A DNA stretch of 64,000 bases from an uncultured Nitrososphaeraceae archaeon (GCA_963837175.1 CAWIMJ010000034.1:129055-193054), one strand, 5' to 3'; counted from the stretch's first letter, positions 23,885 to 36,818 are shown. Notes: generated from the sequence alone by a model not told the origin. Numbers and translations are program-made.

Positions 23885-24327
23885 ATAACGAGTAATGTTA
23901 AAGAAGAAAATATGCTACTGAAGACATTAGACGACGCATGGAATAGTCAAGATTTGGATACATTCAATAAACCTCATACCAAGGATGTCATAGTAAGGTG
24001 GCCTGGTCAATATGAGCCAACAATAGGCTAGAAACACGTAGAAATGAAGGTGTTGAAATGTTCAAGATCTTTCCTGACAACCATGCCCAAAACAATCCGT
24101 ATAGGGTGCTCTTTGGTCAAGGTGAGTGGAGTTGGTCAATTGCTATATTCACTAGCACTCATAAAGGTCCAATGATGACTCCTGAAGGTAAAACGATTTC
24201 ATCCGCGAACAAGAAATTGCAAGTCGAATTTTGCACAGTAGCCCACTGGAAGAATGCTAAGATTGACGAAGAGAATATTTTCTATGACCAAGTGGGAATG
24301 ATGAGACCACTTGGCTTAGCTCAATAA
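23885..24327 (+). pseudogene. SnoaL-like ester cyclase, frameshifted
   Basis: KTLDDAWNSQD...VRWPGQ..PT / FKIFPDNH..NNPYRVLFGQG...EFCTVAHW. Confidence 0.75.
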
Positions 24328-24652
24328 CCAAAAGATCCAATATCATATCTCATAAACTGACAAACAACATGATATTAGAGAATTCTCTAATGGAAAAAGG
24401 AGAACAAGCATGTCTAATATATCAAGGACAAAGTTTGCACTGGTGAGTTAGAATATCTTTTTTACTTGAGATTATTGTTTGATTTTAATCTGCATTAGTG
24501 CTCTGTTGATATATTACAGTAAGTGCATATAAATAGTATAGTTACCTTCTATATACTCCCTTACCATATGTTAACTTAGTGTCTAAAACTTAACTTTTAT
24601 ATTTATACATGATGAACGTTATAGTTATGTAGGTGAAAAGGACAAAAGAACT

Positions 24653-25594
24653 ATGATTATTCCTGTTAATGAAGATTTAGTTATAAATGCAGTTGAGAAG
24701 GTAAGCAAGAGTGTAGTAAATATTGCCAGCGTAAGAATGGTACAAGACCAGTTATTAAGAGTATTTCCTATTGAAGGTGTTGGTTCAGGTATCGTAGTAA
24801 ATCAGAGAGGATACATACTTACGAACAATCATGTAGTTGACAAAGCACACAACTTAAAGATTACATTAAGAGATGGAAATGTATTCAATGGAGTAGTTAT
24901 AGGTACAGATAAAGTTAGCGATTTAGCCGTTGTAAGAGTAGATTCAAAAGATGCACTTCCATCTGTACAATTTGGAAATTCAGATGAATTAAGAATAGGA
25001 CAAATAGTTATTGCAATAGGAAATCCGTTTGGACTCGTAGGAGGACCAACTGTAACAGCTGGAATAGTAAGTGCATTAAACAGAAATCTAGAGTTTGAGA
25101 GTGGCATACTTGAATTGATTCAAACTGATGCTGCTATAAATCCTGGTAATTCGGGTGGTCCCTTAGCTAATACAAATGGAGAAATTATAGGAATTAATAC
25201 TGCTAAAATGCCATATGCACAAGGTATTGGATTTGCAGTTCCTATAAATGCCGCTAGAACAATAATGAACGATCTAATAGAAAATGGTCGAGTTACTAAT
25301 AGGCCGTGGATTGGAATTGCTACTATGAAGATAACAAGACAATTATCACAATACTATGGGTTACCAGCAGATGAAGGTGCGCTGATTACCAAAGTAGAAC
25401 TGTATAGTCCGGCAGATAATGCTGGATTGCGGAAAGGAGACATTATTGAATCAATTGATGGAAAGAGAATAAATGATCCTTCTCAGATATCATCCAACAT
25501 TCGTAAGAAAAGCGTTAATGATAGTATTGGAATAACCGTTAATAGATATGGCAAAATCTTTGAAGTTCAGGTTAAGCTTGATGCACATCCTTAA
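24653..25594 (+). CDS. htrA: HtrA/DegP trypsin-like serine protease with PDZ
   Basis: TNNHV, DLAVV, QTDAAINPGNSGGPL, C-terminal PDZ (SPADNAGLRKGDII). Confidence 0.95.
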   Translation: MIIPVNEDLVINAVEKVSKSVVNIASVRMVQDQLLRVFPIEGVGSGIVVNQRGYILTNNHVVDKAHNLKITLRDGNVFNGVVIGTDKVSDLAVVRVDSKDALPSVQFGNSDELRIGQIVIAIGNPFGLVGGPTVTAGIVSALNRNLEFESGILELIQTDAAINPGNSGGPLANTNGEIIGINTAKMPYAQGIGFAVPINAARTIMNDLIENGRVTNRPWIGIATMKITRQLSQYYGLPADEGALITKVELYSPADNAGLRKGDIIESIDGKRINDPSQISSNIRKKSVNDSIGITVNRYGKIFEVQVKLDAHP

Positions 25595-25885
25595 TTTTTT
25601 CCTCTTTTTATAAGATATGGTGCTGAACAAATTTGATTCCCCTATATTCTAATCAGAAAAGTAATAGTATTGGATCTGACGTCACTTCTAAATACATATA
25701 GAGTAATGATACTTGTAAGTGAACCTTTTACAGAAACTAATAGGTTCAGCATCGCATCGAAACGTCCACGTCAAAGATCAATGGGCTTAGAGGTAAAATA
25801 GATATGTTACTAATAGATAGCAATCAGATATATCTCAGATAATGTTTTTATTGCAGCTGTTAAATGCAGAAACTAAAAATGACAA

Positions 25886-26058
25886 AGACTCCATACAGGT
25901 TTTAAAAATCTGAACAATCTTTTAGGTGTCGATGGTATAGAGACAGGAGCAGTCACACAACTTTATGGCGCACCTGGCAGTGGGAAAACACAGGTTTGCT
26001 ATACTGCATATGTGATATTGTCCTCACAGTACAAAGATATCTATCTACATTGTTACTG
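25886..26058 (+). pseudogene. RadA/RadB-like ATPase fragment
   Basis: TGFKNLNNLLG..GIETGAVTQLYGAPGSGKTQVC (Walker A). Confidence 0.8.
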
Positions 26059-26180
26059 AAAATACATGCTGTACCAGATGTTTACTAGCATAAACATCTA
26101 GTTTGAAAGGATGTAGTTGTGAACAAAGGAACATTTATGCAACACAGCTACTTTAAGTAATCTATTATCTATTATCCTTT

Positions 26181-26969
26181 ATGGCACCAGGGTTTGGTAC
26201 TTCTCATAAGAGTAACGACTATAGCAGGTACTATTTCCTAATGTATGAATGGCTTCATAGAAATAAATCATTACTCTTGGAACTTAATATAATCAATATA
26301 ATTATGCTGTGTTTTATTCACTTTTTTATCCTCACTGTACAAATTAATCCATCATCTACTGTCGAAAAAATTCTACAGATTATTACTATTAGTCTAACTT
26401 CTATTATAGCACTTTCTATTATATGGAGAGGGTCAATTTGTATAGCCATAGGTATCCTTGGACTTTCTCTGATATATGCAGGTATTCTTCTCCCGTCTTA
26501 TGGTCTCAACATTTTGCAAGACGAAAAACAAAGTTACCCTGATGGTAAAAATGAAACATCTATGCTAACTATAGACCAGCCAATATTTGTGGCTACTCAA
26601 GGCTTCTTCTTTCTAGGAATAGCAATGGTTGTACTCAGCATGATAATTGGGTATAGGCCAGATCTATTATATGTTAGAAATAGACCTGAGCCATTGGACA
26701 CAATTTGGGATAAATATCCTATATGGTATGATTATAATAAAAAACTTGTAGGGCGTAGATATTCTGAACCTATGGTACGTCTTAAGAGTTTAATGACAGC
26801 TGAAGAAAACTATCTTGTATGGCGTTATGAGTATATTCTAGCTGACGTCTATGATACACCACATCTAGTTAAACCAGACAGTTATCTTCCAAAAAGCTCG
26901 AAAATTTTCAGGGATAAAGAAAGTGGAAAAATGATTGGCAAGGCAAAATATATCGGATATTTTGTGTAA
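26181..26969 (+). CDS. Hypothetical membrane protein
   Basis: About four hydrophobic helices plus soluble C-terminus. Confidence 0.7.
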   Translation: MAPGFGTSHKSNDYSRYYFLMYEWLHRNKSLLLELNIINIIMLCFIHFFILTVQINPSSTVEKILQIITISLTSIIALSIIWRGSICIAIGILGLSLIYAGILLPSYGLNILQDEKQSYPDGKNETSMLTIDQPIFVATQGFFFLGIAMVVLSMIIGYRPDLLYVRNRPEPLDTIWDKYPIWYDYNKKLVGRRYSEPMVRLKSLMTAEENYLVWRYEYILADVYDTPHLVKPDSYLPKSSKIFRDKESGKMIGKAKYIGYFV

Positions 26970-27569
26970 TATACTAACTAACAAAAGTTCGTTTACAGAT
27001 TTTTCTTAATATGTAAGGTTTACTATGCTTAAAAAATCCTTTTACTTGGTTTTTAAAACATATACGAAATTATGTTAGGCAGTATAGTATATACACATGA
27101 TACGATGATCCTAATGATATTAGTTTGTTTATTATATATCTATGACGAAACTATTTATGTGGCCGATGGTTAGAAAAGCGTTTTGTAAAGTGTTATCATA
27201 ATTTTATTGTTATTGTATAGTAGTAACAGCCTTTCACAAAATCTTTTGTTAAAGATATAATAGAGTATTTACAATCTATGTCATCATTATCCATCCACTA
27301 CTGCTAAATACTGATATTACTACTAGAACTACAGCAGCTGAAATTCCAAGATAGTATATGAAAGCAGATTATGTTGAAACTTTTAGGAAAAGGAATTATT
27401 ATTCAAAAAGAAAAAGAACTAAAATTACCGCTTACCTGCGCGATTACAAATGCTTATGATGCTGTATCGAAGAAGTAAGATCAACTATTCAATATTCTTA
27501 ATTTTTTTCTCATCTGTAGATAGTTGACATTATTCTAAATATATTTGCAAATTCAATAATAATCTAAAT

Positions 27570-27920
27570 AAGCTTTGGCAGAAAAGCTTCAAACCCATAA
27601 GTGTAATAGATATAACGCTACTACTATTCATGATGTATTCGTTTAGCACTTATTATCCTTTAGAAGCATTATAAAATTTCGACCAAACTTCTACGATCTT
27701 CTACTTATTGATATCAACATGCCTATGATTAATGCTTTGAATTATCTGCAAAGATATTAGATTTTGATATCAATCCTACGATATGATTTATTTCATCACG
27801 CCTAATAAATCAAGAAGCATTAAGAGAAACAATACACAACATTGAGTATAGAATGCTTTATTAGAACGCCAATTACAATAGAGTATTTGATTAAACGGGT
27901 AAAGGCAGAATTAGGTTAGG
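27570..27920 (+). pseudogene. Response-regulator receiver remnant
   Basis: FRPNFYDLLLIDINMP...CFIRTPITIEYLIKRVKAEL with stops and shifts. Confidence 0.75.
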
Positions 27921-27947
27921 ATAGAAGGAGGAGGTGGAGTAAACTTA

Positions 27948-28568
27948 TTGATTAGCTTAAATGCCAGAAAAGAATATGGTCACCTATATAGCAATATAGA
28001 CTTTATAAAAAGCATGCAAATTCCCAAATTATATCTTATATTTGGTATATTTGTCACTTTAATGTCTATATTATTATTACATCCTAATAGTCAAGCGCTT
28101 GCTCAGGAGCAATTTTTAACTTATGAAAATCCTGAATTAGGAATAAGCATACAATATCCTTCAAACTGGGAAAAGTTAGTAAATCTAGATAAATTTGTTA
28201 CCTTTACAGCCCCACCTGAAACTGATACACGCATATATCCAGCAGCACTTGGTTTAAAAGTTCAAGAATTATCATCCAAAAATATATCGTTACAGGAAAT
28301 TACAAAGGTGCAAATGTCAAATTTAAAAAAAAGTAATCCAAATCTGAATGTTTTAGAATCAACATCCATTACCATTGCAGACAAACCTGCTCATAAAATA
28401 GTGTTTAGTGCTATAGACAATAAGGAAGTTGAACGTAAGGCTATGCAAGTTTGGACAGTAATTGGTAATAAAGCATTTTTGATTACATACAAGGCAGAAC
28501 CTGATAAATTCTCAAGTTACTTGCCGACTATAGAAAGAATGATTGATTCCTTTAAAGTTATAGAATAG
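27948..28568 (+). CDS. PsbP-related secreted protein
   Basis: FLTYENPELGISIQYPSNW, PAHKIVF, KAFLITY, YLPTIERMIDSF. Confidence 0.85.
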   Translation: MISLNARKEYGHLYSNIDFIKSMQIPKLYLIFGIFVTLMSILLLHPNSQALAQEQFLTYENPELGISIQYPSNWEKLVNLDKFVTFTAPPETDTRIYPAALGLKVQELSSKNISLQEITKVQMSNLKKSNPNLNVLESTSITIADKPAHKIVFSAIDNKEVERKAMQVWTVIGNKAFLITYKAEPDKFSSYLPTIERMIDSFKVIE

Positions 28569-28681
28569 GGGAAGTGGCCGTTGGATGTGCTGCAAAAATG
28601 AAGAATAATTGGAGTAGTCTTTTCGAGGTTGGTTGATAATATTACTTATAGACTTTTATCAATTTGAAATAATATTAAAAT

Positions 28682-28715
28682 AGCTGAACCCCTTTACCAC
28701 AAGGGATATAATCCC
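28682..28715 (+). repeat. Dispersed ~30-bp repeat copy 2
   Basis: AGCTGAACCCCTTTACCACAAGGGATATAATCCC. Confidence 0.85.
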
Positions 28716-28927
28716 CCAATCTACTCTCGTACTGTGATGTGAATACTCGGTAATTTGAAGCATAATTTTAAAAAATTGTTAACAAAAAATATATTCATCT
28801 AATGCAAGAAGATTATAGCTATCCGATTTACATAAGGACTACGTTTGGTACAAATAAGAAAATGATAGTATCTTATATAACAAATATATTAAAAGCGTAA
28901 ATAAAATCTTGAAAGTTAATTCTCATC

Positions 28928-29114
28928 ATGGGAAAGAGGTAAAGTAACTGACTTATCAGAACAAGCTACTTGTGAAGTATGTCGACTAACAGCTCGTACT
29001 AAAGATGAACTTAAAGTTCATATTCATAATGCACACGAGACTGCTAATTCAAACAAAGTTTCATCAGATCAAAAAATTGATGCCTTTCCTTCAGAGTTTA
29101 CTTTCTGTAAGTAA
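28928..29114 (+). pseudogene. Small C2H2 Zn-finger protein, start out of frame
   Basis: CEVCRLTARTKDELKVHIHNAH. Confidence 0.6.
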
Positions 29115-29186
29115 GAGTTAGGACTTCAACGTTCTCTTCTAATAACCCTACTAATTATATTAGTTGTATAGAATAAACATATAGGT

Positions 29187-31454
29187 TTGAGTTTAAGCAG
29201 GATTGCCGAAACCCCCTATACTCTTGTAGTTTGTGAAAAACCCGATGTCGCACGAAGAATAGCACAGGCCCTGGGAATCTCAAGTTTTGAAAAAATATCA
29301 GGAGTAGAAATAGGAAGAGGAAGAAGCATACCAACTGTTTTTTCCGTAAAATCATCACCTAACAGTCGACGCTTTGTTGTATGCTCTGCATTGGGACACT
29401 TGTACGGATTAGTCGATGTTAAAGGAAACCGAAGTATGTATCCTGTATTTGATGTTAAATGGAGACCAATTTTAAAAAAGAGAAATGGAAGCGGTCGAAA
29501 AACATCTACAAAATCTGAACAAATCATAAAGGCAATATCCTTGCTTTCCCGGAAAGCTACAAGGTTTGTTCATGCTTGTGATTATGATCAGGAAGGTGAG
29601 GTAATTGGGTACAATATTCTCGAATATGCCTGTAATAACAAATATCAAAACTCACTAAGGGCTAAATTTTCAACTCTCACAGATGAGGAAATAAGAAATT
29701 CATTTGATAATTTGTTAAAACCTAGTAAAGGATTAGCAGAAGCAGGGATATCCCGTCATATGGTCGATTTTATTTACGGAGTTAATCTCTCAAGAGCCCT
29801 TACACAATCTTTTAAGGTTAGCAATGATGGCAAAAGGTATTATAACTTATCAATGGGCAGAGTACAAGGTCCAGCCCTTGCTTTTGTAGTGGATAGAGAA
29901 ATAGATATTAGAAAACATATTCCAGAACCTTACTGGAGGATATCCGCAGAGTTTAAAAAAAATGGAAATATAATTAACGCACATTATTACCAGCAAATAG
30001 TAAACACACTATCTAAAGCCACTTCAATAGTTAATGCCTGCACAAACAAAGAAGGTAAGATTACGGGCATTAAAGATCAAAAGGTCACACTCAGAGCTCC
30101 AACTCCTTTTAACCTAGGTGATCTACAGAAGGAAGCATATAGAGTATTCAAATTTTCTCCCAATTATACGCTAACAATTGCAGAGAAACTATACATCCAT
30201 GCACTAATTTCTTATCCAAGGACATCTAGCCAAAAGCTGCCTACTTCCATAAACTATAAGAAAATTATTTCAAGTCTTTCCAAGATTGGTTCTGGTATTG
30301 GTAGCAGTAACGAAGGTAGTAGTTGTGGTGGTCGTATCAGTAATAGTAGTAGTAGCAGTACCTATACAAACCTGACTGCAATATTGCTCTCAAGAGATTA
30401 TCTTTCTCCAAACGAAGGAAGCAAAACTGATCCAGCACATCCAGCGATCTACCCTACAGGGGAGATGCCAAAAGCTAAACTTGAGGGTGTTGAACTTAAA
30501 TTATTTGATCTCATAATCAAAAGGTTTTTGGCAACTTTTGGAGATCCAGCGATAAGTAAGCACACAACAGTCACGATTCTCATTAATGATGACCACGTTT
30601 TCAAAGCTGATGAAAAGAAAATTATATCTGAAGGATGGATATTCTTTTATAAACCATATATTAATACTACTGGTCTAGGAACTCAAACTAATCTGCCAGC
30701 ACTACACGACGGTGACATATTAAAAAATGTTGCTGTAACAAAGGATGAAAGGTTTACCAAACCTACATTTCGATTCAATCAAGCTAGCTTATTAGAAGAA
30801 ATGGAAAAAGAAAAGATCGGCACTAAAGCCACTAGGTCAGATGTTATCAGCACGCTCTTTAAGAGAAATTATATTAGTAGTACTACTATTACTTACCAAA
30901 AAGAAAATAATGTAGCAAGAGAAGGAGGAATTCAGGCTACAGATATTGGATTTGAAATAATACAATCAATGCGCAAATACATACCAAACATAATATCAAC
31001 AGATCTTACCAGATCATTGGAAGAACAACTGGAAGGAGTTGAATCAGGCAAAATCAGCAGTGCGTTTGTGATAGAATATGCAATAAGTAAATTAAAAGAA
31101 GCAATTGTTCCTTTCAAGGAAAAAGAGGTTGAGATAGGCCATCAAATAACTGATGCAATAGTAAGTACTAAGAATAAACAACAAATAGTACTAGGAACTT
31201 GTCCCGCTTGTAGTAAGGGCAGCTTGATAATTATAAGATCAGGCGTAACAAAGAAGAGGTTTGTAGGATGTTCTAATTATTCATCGGGTACATGTAATGC
31301 GACCGCTCCACTACCACAGAAAGGAATAATAAAAACTACGGGTAAGAACTGTTCTGTATGCCGTTGGCCCATAGTCAAGGCTGTTTACGACCGTCAGGCA
31401 GATCATAACTGGAGTTTCTGTATTAATATGCACTGTCCATCAAAAAAGCAATAG
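29187..31454 (+). CDS. topA: DNA topoisomerase type IA
   Basis: TOPRIM CEKP and DYDQEGE, GRVQ, catalytic ISYPRT, AHPAIYPT, GTKATR, C-terminal Zn ribbons. Confidence 0.95.
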   Translation: MSLSRIAETPYTLVVCEKPDVARRIAQALGISSFEKISGVEIGRGRSIPTVFSVKSSPNSRRFVVCSALGHLYGLVDVKGNRSMYPVFDVKWRPILKKRNGSGRKTSTKSEQIIKAISLLSRKATRFVHACDYDQEGEVIGYNILEYACNNKYQNSLRAKFSTLTDEEIRNSFDNLLKPSKGLAEAGISRHMVDFIYGVNLSRALTQSFKVSNDGKRYYNLSMGRVQGPALAFVVDREIDIRKHIPEPYWRISAEFKKNGNIINAHYYQQIVNTLSKATSIVNACTNKEGKITGIKDQKVTLRAPTPFNLGDLQKEAYRVFKFSPNYTLTIAEKLYIHALISYPRTSSQKLPTSINYKKIISSLSKIGSGIGSSNEGSSCGGRISNSSSSSTYTNLTAILLSRDYLSPNEGSKTDPAHPAIYPTGEMPKAKLEGVELKLFDLIIKRFLATFGDPAISKHTTVTILINDDHVFKADEKKIISEGWIFFYKPYINTTGLGTQTNLPALHDGDILKNVAVTKDERFTKPTFRFNQASLLEEMEKEKIGTKATRSDVISTLFKRNYISSTTITYQKENNVAREGGIQATDIGFEIIQSMRKYIPNIISTDLTRSLEEQLEGVESGKISSAFVIEYAISKLKEAIVPFKEKEVEIGHQITDAIVSTKNKQQIVLGTCPACSKGSLIIIRSGVTKKRFVGCSNYSSGTCNATAPLPQKGIIKTTGKNCSVCRWPIVKAVYDRQADHNWSFCINMHCPSKKQ

Positions 31455-32690
31455 CAACAACAGCTCTAAGAGGCTGAAACTATTTAGAAGTTTGTATCAA
31501 TAATAAATGGAAACATCTGTAGAATTTACCAGTACCTGAAAAAGAAAACTACAGAAAAATTCGAATAACAAAAAGAAAAGAGCATTATTGGATACATCCC
31601 AGAAGGAAAAAGAATAAATGACAATAACAAAAAAAGTTATAGATAAAAACAATAATATGACATTTGACTTTCCTTCTATGACAAGAACTGTTATTTTTTA
31701 GAATATTAAAAATTCAATTCTTCCGATAGTTGCTTTAGACTAAAGTTTTGAATCAAAGCAGGTCGGAAAATATTTCATGGTGTCAGCTGAAGAGTTAGGA
31801 GAGTATAAAAAAGATAAAACAAATAATAGGTGGAAAATAATCAACGACAAATTCTCATAATACCTTCTGAAGGTTAGCCAAATAAGTCTTGATCATCCCT
31901 TTACCATTTCAGCAATTATTCTAAGTTCAGTTTTAATATATCAGGCTACCATAATATTAGGATTTGATAATTTAATTTTTAAATTTATTCTAATTACTTT
32001 ATGAATTTGTTAACAATACAATTCATCCTTGAAATCGTTCATTGTATAATTTCATCTCGAAGTGCAAGGCGTTCTTCACTAATCTTGTATTCTAATTTTA
32101 AGCGTTACTTTAACCAATCGCTTATCCACTTTCTAATATCGTTTAGAATGTTTCCGCTACTCTTCTGCTCCCACCCATCAATATCATGTTCTAGTATCAT
32201 GCAAGTTTATCCATGACATCAGAAAAGCTTACCTCAAAGCGATTTCAATTTAATAGTCAAAAGTCTGTTAAATTCATATAGAATATTATCAAGAAGATTA
32301 CATAATCAAAGAAGCATAAAAATGCAGAAGATGAAATTGTACCTTCAGACTTTGAAACTTTATCACGAAGGCACATTTCGATAGAAAGCATGCTGCAAAA
32401 CGATACTTTTCTGTTAATAATTTGCGGTTTTGTGTTAACATGAGAAATTCCTTGTTAACAATCTAAGCGTTATTGCTTATAGGTTACAATGCAAAGATGA
32501 TAGTATTTTGCAGATTGTAACACTATCAGGCTCTATGTCATGCACAATTTCATCAAATTCCTTTTCCATTTCGTTACCTGCAGACGATATCAATATTATT
32601 GCTTTCTCTTCTCCATTTTTAAGAGTATATATATTTTGAAAAATATTTAAGTTTGGCTCCTTATGAGTAGAGGTAATTAGACAAGGAATT

Positions 32691-33029
32691 TTACATATGC
32701 GTAGAGGCCGAATCGGTTAACCCTGTCGTGGTGGGTTTAGGCTTTAATATAACTCTCATACCTCCTTCTCCTTTAGCACTAAGTACAAGCTTTGTTAGTG
32801 CTCCTGTCTCCATCACGCCACTAATATTTAGTTCAATTGATTCTACCTGATATTGTTTGAACCAGTCTGCTATTGCACCCATACTTGTGGATAGATGCTT
32901 AACCATGCCTTCTTCTATACCACCTCTTTTTGATATATATTCATCATCTGCTTCTTCATATTTTGGAAATGCCAGTTCTACTTTTCTGATAGGATTTTCT
33001 ATGTTGGTAGATTTATTAGAATCTTCCAT
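32691..33029 (-). CDS. Pepco/Trypco-like peptidase-co-occurring small protein
   Basis: Strand-KRGG-helix-YQVESIELNISG..TG..LVLSAKGEGGMRVILKP; downstream of caspase on same strand. Confidence 0.6.
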   Translation of the reverse strand: MEDSNKSTNIENPIRKVELAFPKYEEADDEYISKRGGIEEGMVKHLSTSMGAIADWFKQYQVESIELNISGVMETGALTKLVLSAKGEGGMRVILKPKPTTTGLTDSASTHM

Positions 33030-33124
33030 AGTAATTTGTAATATTGCAATTATATATGATTACTGATCAAAAATATGATGATAGTAAGTATCCGTTAATA
33101 CATAAAAGACAACTATAACCGCAT

Positions 33125-33251
33125 TCATCATGCCATTAATCCATAGTTCAATTGATTCTACCTAATATTGTTTGAACCAGTCTGCTGCTGCTATTGCACC
33201 CATACTTGTGGATAGATGCTTAACCATGCCTTCTTCTATAACATCTCTTTA
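33125..33251 (-). pseudogene. Partial degenerate duplicate of the Pepco-like gene
   Basis: Near-copy of ~32810-32930 with extra GCT repeats and CAG>TAG stop. Confidence 0.85.
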
Positions 33252-33908
33252 CCATAGATAAATTGAAATGGATTTGCCACCATTATCATAGAATATGCGG
33301 CCAATACCGAAATAAATGACATCATTAATGTTTTATTTTTCAAATGTCTGTTTGATGTTAATGCTGAGATTATGAAATTGGCCTTAACATCAGAAGGAAT
33401 TTCATAGAAAATAAGGAAGTTTGATAGATATCTTCAAAGGACAGAAGAATCTGAATTTGATGTCAAATCATATGAGCTCAAATTCGTAGAAAATGACGAT
33501 AGAGAAAGATTTCAGATGGGTCCATTAAATAAAACAATCATGGCTAGAGGAGGCGAAAAGAAGAAAAGAACACTTAATCAATACGAAACCACCACTTATA
33601 ATTGACGCAGAACGGGTGTAGAAATATCCTTGTGTGATAGATAAAAAATATTATTTTTTTACAATACTATTTTTAAATCATCTATACATTTATGATGTTA
33701 CTTGTATCAGACAATTGAAAATAAGGAGATTCTTCTGTAGCATTCTCTATTTCAACCCCTACCCTTTTTTTCAGCTATATATCTTGCCTTTAAGCCCCAA
33801 TCTCTGAGTGGATAAGAATTGAGGATATTGGTATCCGCAGTGAGTTTTTAGTTGGCTTTTCTGCCAAAGGCTAGTAGATACAGGCGAGCACCCCTGGTTA
33901 AATTATTG

Positions 33909-36119
33909 TCATGGACGATAAATCTTTATCTCCATATTAGCAGTAGTCCACTCGTTGCTTGGAGTAGCTGAAGAATTAATATGACGTGTAACAGGCCTAT
34001 CTTTGGTAATTCAGCCATTAGTTGTTCTAAGGGATTAGTAGGTTCACCAGCACCACCACCTCTCGTAATTTCTCGTCGTATAACTGGTTGGTCTAATACT
34101 GGAAGCTCAAGCCACCGGAAATTAGTCTGATCTAACGTTGCAAAAACCTTGATCACATCTTTGCCTTCCTTGTAATCTGATGGCAAATCAACTTGCAAAG
34201 GAAATAATTCCTCATGACCTGGATCGATAGGTATAAAATAAGCACCAGTGCCTGATGGATATATTTGACTTACGCCCCAATCTGGCTGTAGGTCAAGGAT
34301 AGTCACATTAAGAACTTTTTTTGATGTATTCCTTATTCGTAAAATCAGTTTTTGCCCAACCTCTGCTATCTTTGTATTTCCCTCAGCTGCAATTGGCTGC
34401 AAGTCGCTCAGTCTGTCGCCACGCTCATAATCATCTGGAACTTCAAATAATTCTACGACAAGTTTTCGAGATAATTCTGAAGCAGCATCAAGATTATCTA
34501 TTAATTGTATATTGCTATATTTTGTTAAATGTTCAAGCCTTTGTATGATCTTAGAAACAGATCCACTGTCATTTATCATTAAAGGAGGGTTTAAGTTAGG
34601 AATAGCATTACCTGCTGGATCCCAAATTTCGTATTCCCCTTGTTTGTTAATAGCTATTTGAAAATCAGCCTGATCATCAATGTCTGCTAGTGCTAGTTCT
34701 AAAAGGCTTTCATTATTTTTGTTTTTCTCCATTATGGTATCCCTTATTTTATCAAGTGCTTGCTGTTGGGTCATAGTTAGATTGCGAGTTGTTGTTAATG
34801 ATGGTGATAATTCTTTATTGTCATTAATCTCATTATTTTCATATACTAAATACACCTTTCTCTTGAGACGAACATCTACAGGGTTTATTAGGACAGCTTG
34901 TGCTCCTTGTTCTATATTACCTCTACGAAAATCTGCGATAATCTTTGCCCAAGAATCGGTTGCCCCCCGTTTATCAATCTCAACTATCGCTAATCGCTTA
35001 TCAACCTGGCCAAAGTCGGTAATAGCCAATGGATAGATAGCAAATCTTGTACCTTTTCTGATACCATGAGACTGACCTGCATTTAGCAGCAATAGTTCAT
35101 TTGACCTATCTATCTTCATAACTGAAACTGCATAGACTGTCTGTAATTTATTAATTCCAAATACTTCCCGATCGCCTTCACCTTCAAGCATTGGAGTCTG
35201 CAGAGGAAATTGACTATGAATTTGGGCTACAACACGATCATGTATGACTTTATAGGTAAGGCCTTTATCTATTTGTTCAAATGATTTTAGAAACCAATAT
35301 GTAAGAGCACCATTTTTTTCGTTTCCTTCAAACGCATACTCATAAGCAGATTCTGAAGGCCTGCATGCTCGCTAAGAGTACATAACCTTTTGGTTGAGGA
35401 AGCCAACCGCTTGCAGAAAATCCTCTTGTGGTTGCTGCTGTCGTCGTCTTCGTTGTTGCTGTAGTTGCTGCTCCTGAACTCGACAAACCTTTCCAAATCA
35501 GCTCCAATTCATCTATTGAAGCTATTAAGCTATCTTGAGGTCTTGGAGTTTTATCTTCAACGTCACTACCGCGCACAGTAGCACCCCCTTTACCTCTGGT
35601 CAGGCCTCCAGAATGACAACTATCTATTACTAAGGTAACAATCAACTTTTTGTCCAACATCCTCTTTAACAACGCAGCAATCTCAATGTCCCTTAGGTGA
35701 CGAGTTTGCGGGTTATCAATATCTGCTGGAACCAACGTTTCATCAAATGCATTTGGTCCTTTTGTATTTGTGAGTAAAGTCCTTATCCTCCCTCCATGTC
35801 CAGCATAATGAATGTAGACCTGATCTCCAGCTTTAGCTGCTTCAATTATTTTATTAAATGCATTCTTTATATTTGTGTATGTTGGCCATTTTTCTTGTGA
35901 TTCAGTTGGTTTACTAGAATCAGTATTACTGCGCGAACTAGTTAATTTTAGTATATTATCTGCAGAAATTCCCTTTACTTTACGGAGCAAAAAATCTTCG
36001 ACATGATTAATATCCCGAACACATCCTCCAAGACTAGAGTACAGAGGATTAGTGAAGTAATAATCTATTCCTATTAAGAGAACATGCAGATTTGAATTTT
36101 CGACATTAGAGTTACTCAT
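33909..36119 (-). pseudogene. Caspase-family (C14) peptidase with C-terminal beta-sandwich (DUF4384-like) region; frameshifts ~35370 and ~34010
   Basis: LLIGIDYY, LGGCVRD, HYAGHG, IDSCHSG; repaired LAACRPSESAYE..NGALTYW..QTPMLEG; tail TRHINSSATPSNEWTT. Confidence 0.9.
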
Positions 36120-36818
36120 TATTTATTATTCTCGTTTGTAAAATCATAAAAACTAGTTATTAAATGATTTTATTTCAATACATCAAAGATCAAGGTATAG
36201 GATGTGCAAAGGTGTAATCTTATTTTACCTACTACAACAATTTCTTGATACCAAAGTTGATTCATAGATAGAGTTTTTGTGTTTATTGCCTTAATCGGTA
36301 TATTCTCTAGAACTTGTGCGTCGTTAATAATTTTTTCAAGTCTTACAGGCTTATTGTCATTCCAAACCCATTTCAATTAGATACAATCTAGAAAATCAAC
36401 CATCAGAATCATCATATCAATTAATAAAAACTTCTTTGAGGTTTATGTTCCATGGGAAAAGCATTGATCCTGCACCAACTTCCTAAAACCCAATTCGTTT
36501 TTCTAAATAAAAAAAGAATGACTTCAAGCTTATGTGCACAGATGGATAATTTTGTTGAATGCTGAATAAATAGCCTTAAATTATTATAGAATATAAAATA
36601 AGGTATCGTGACTAAAGTTATATAGTTCCAATTCTACTGAATACTATCCTAGTTTCTGCTGTTTCAAGAGCATTTCTGAATTTATGATAGCATTATAATA
36701 ATAATATTCTTAAATTGCCTTTAGAAAGATAAGTGTTAAGTACTTACAAAGATAATAAATATATTAAATTGCAAGATAATATTAAAAAAAGAATAATAAT
36801 AATACTCATTACAGAATA

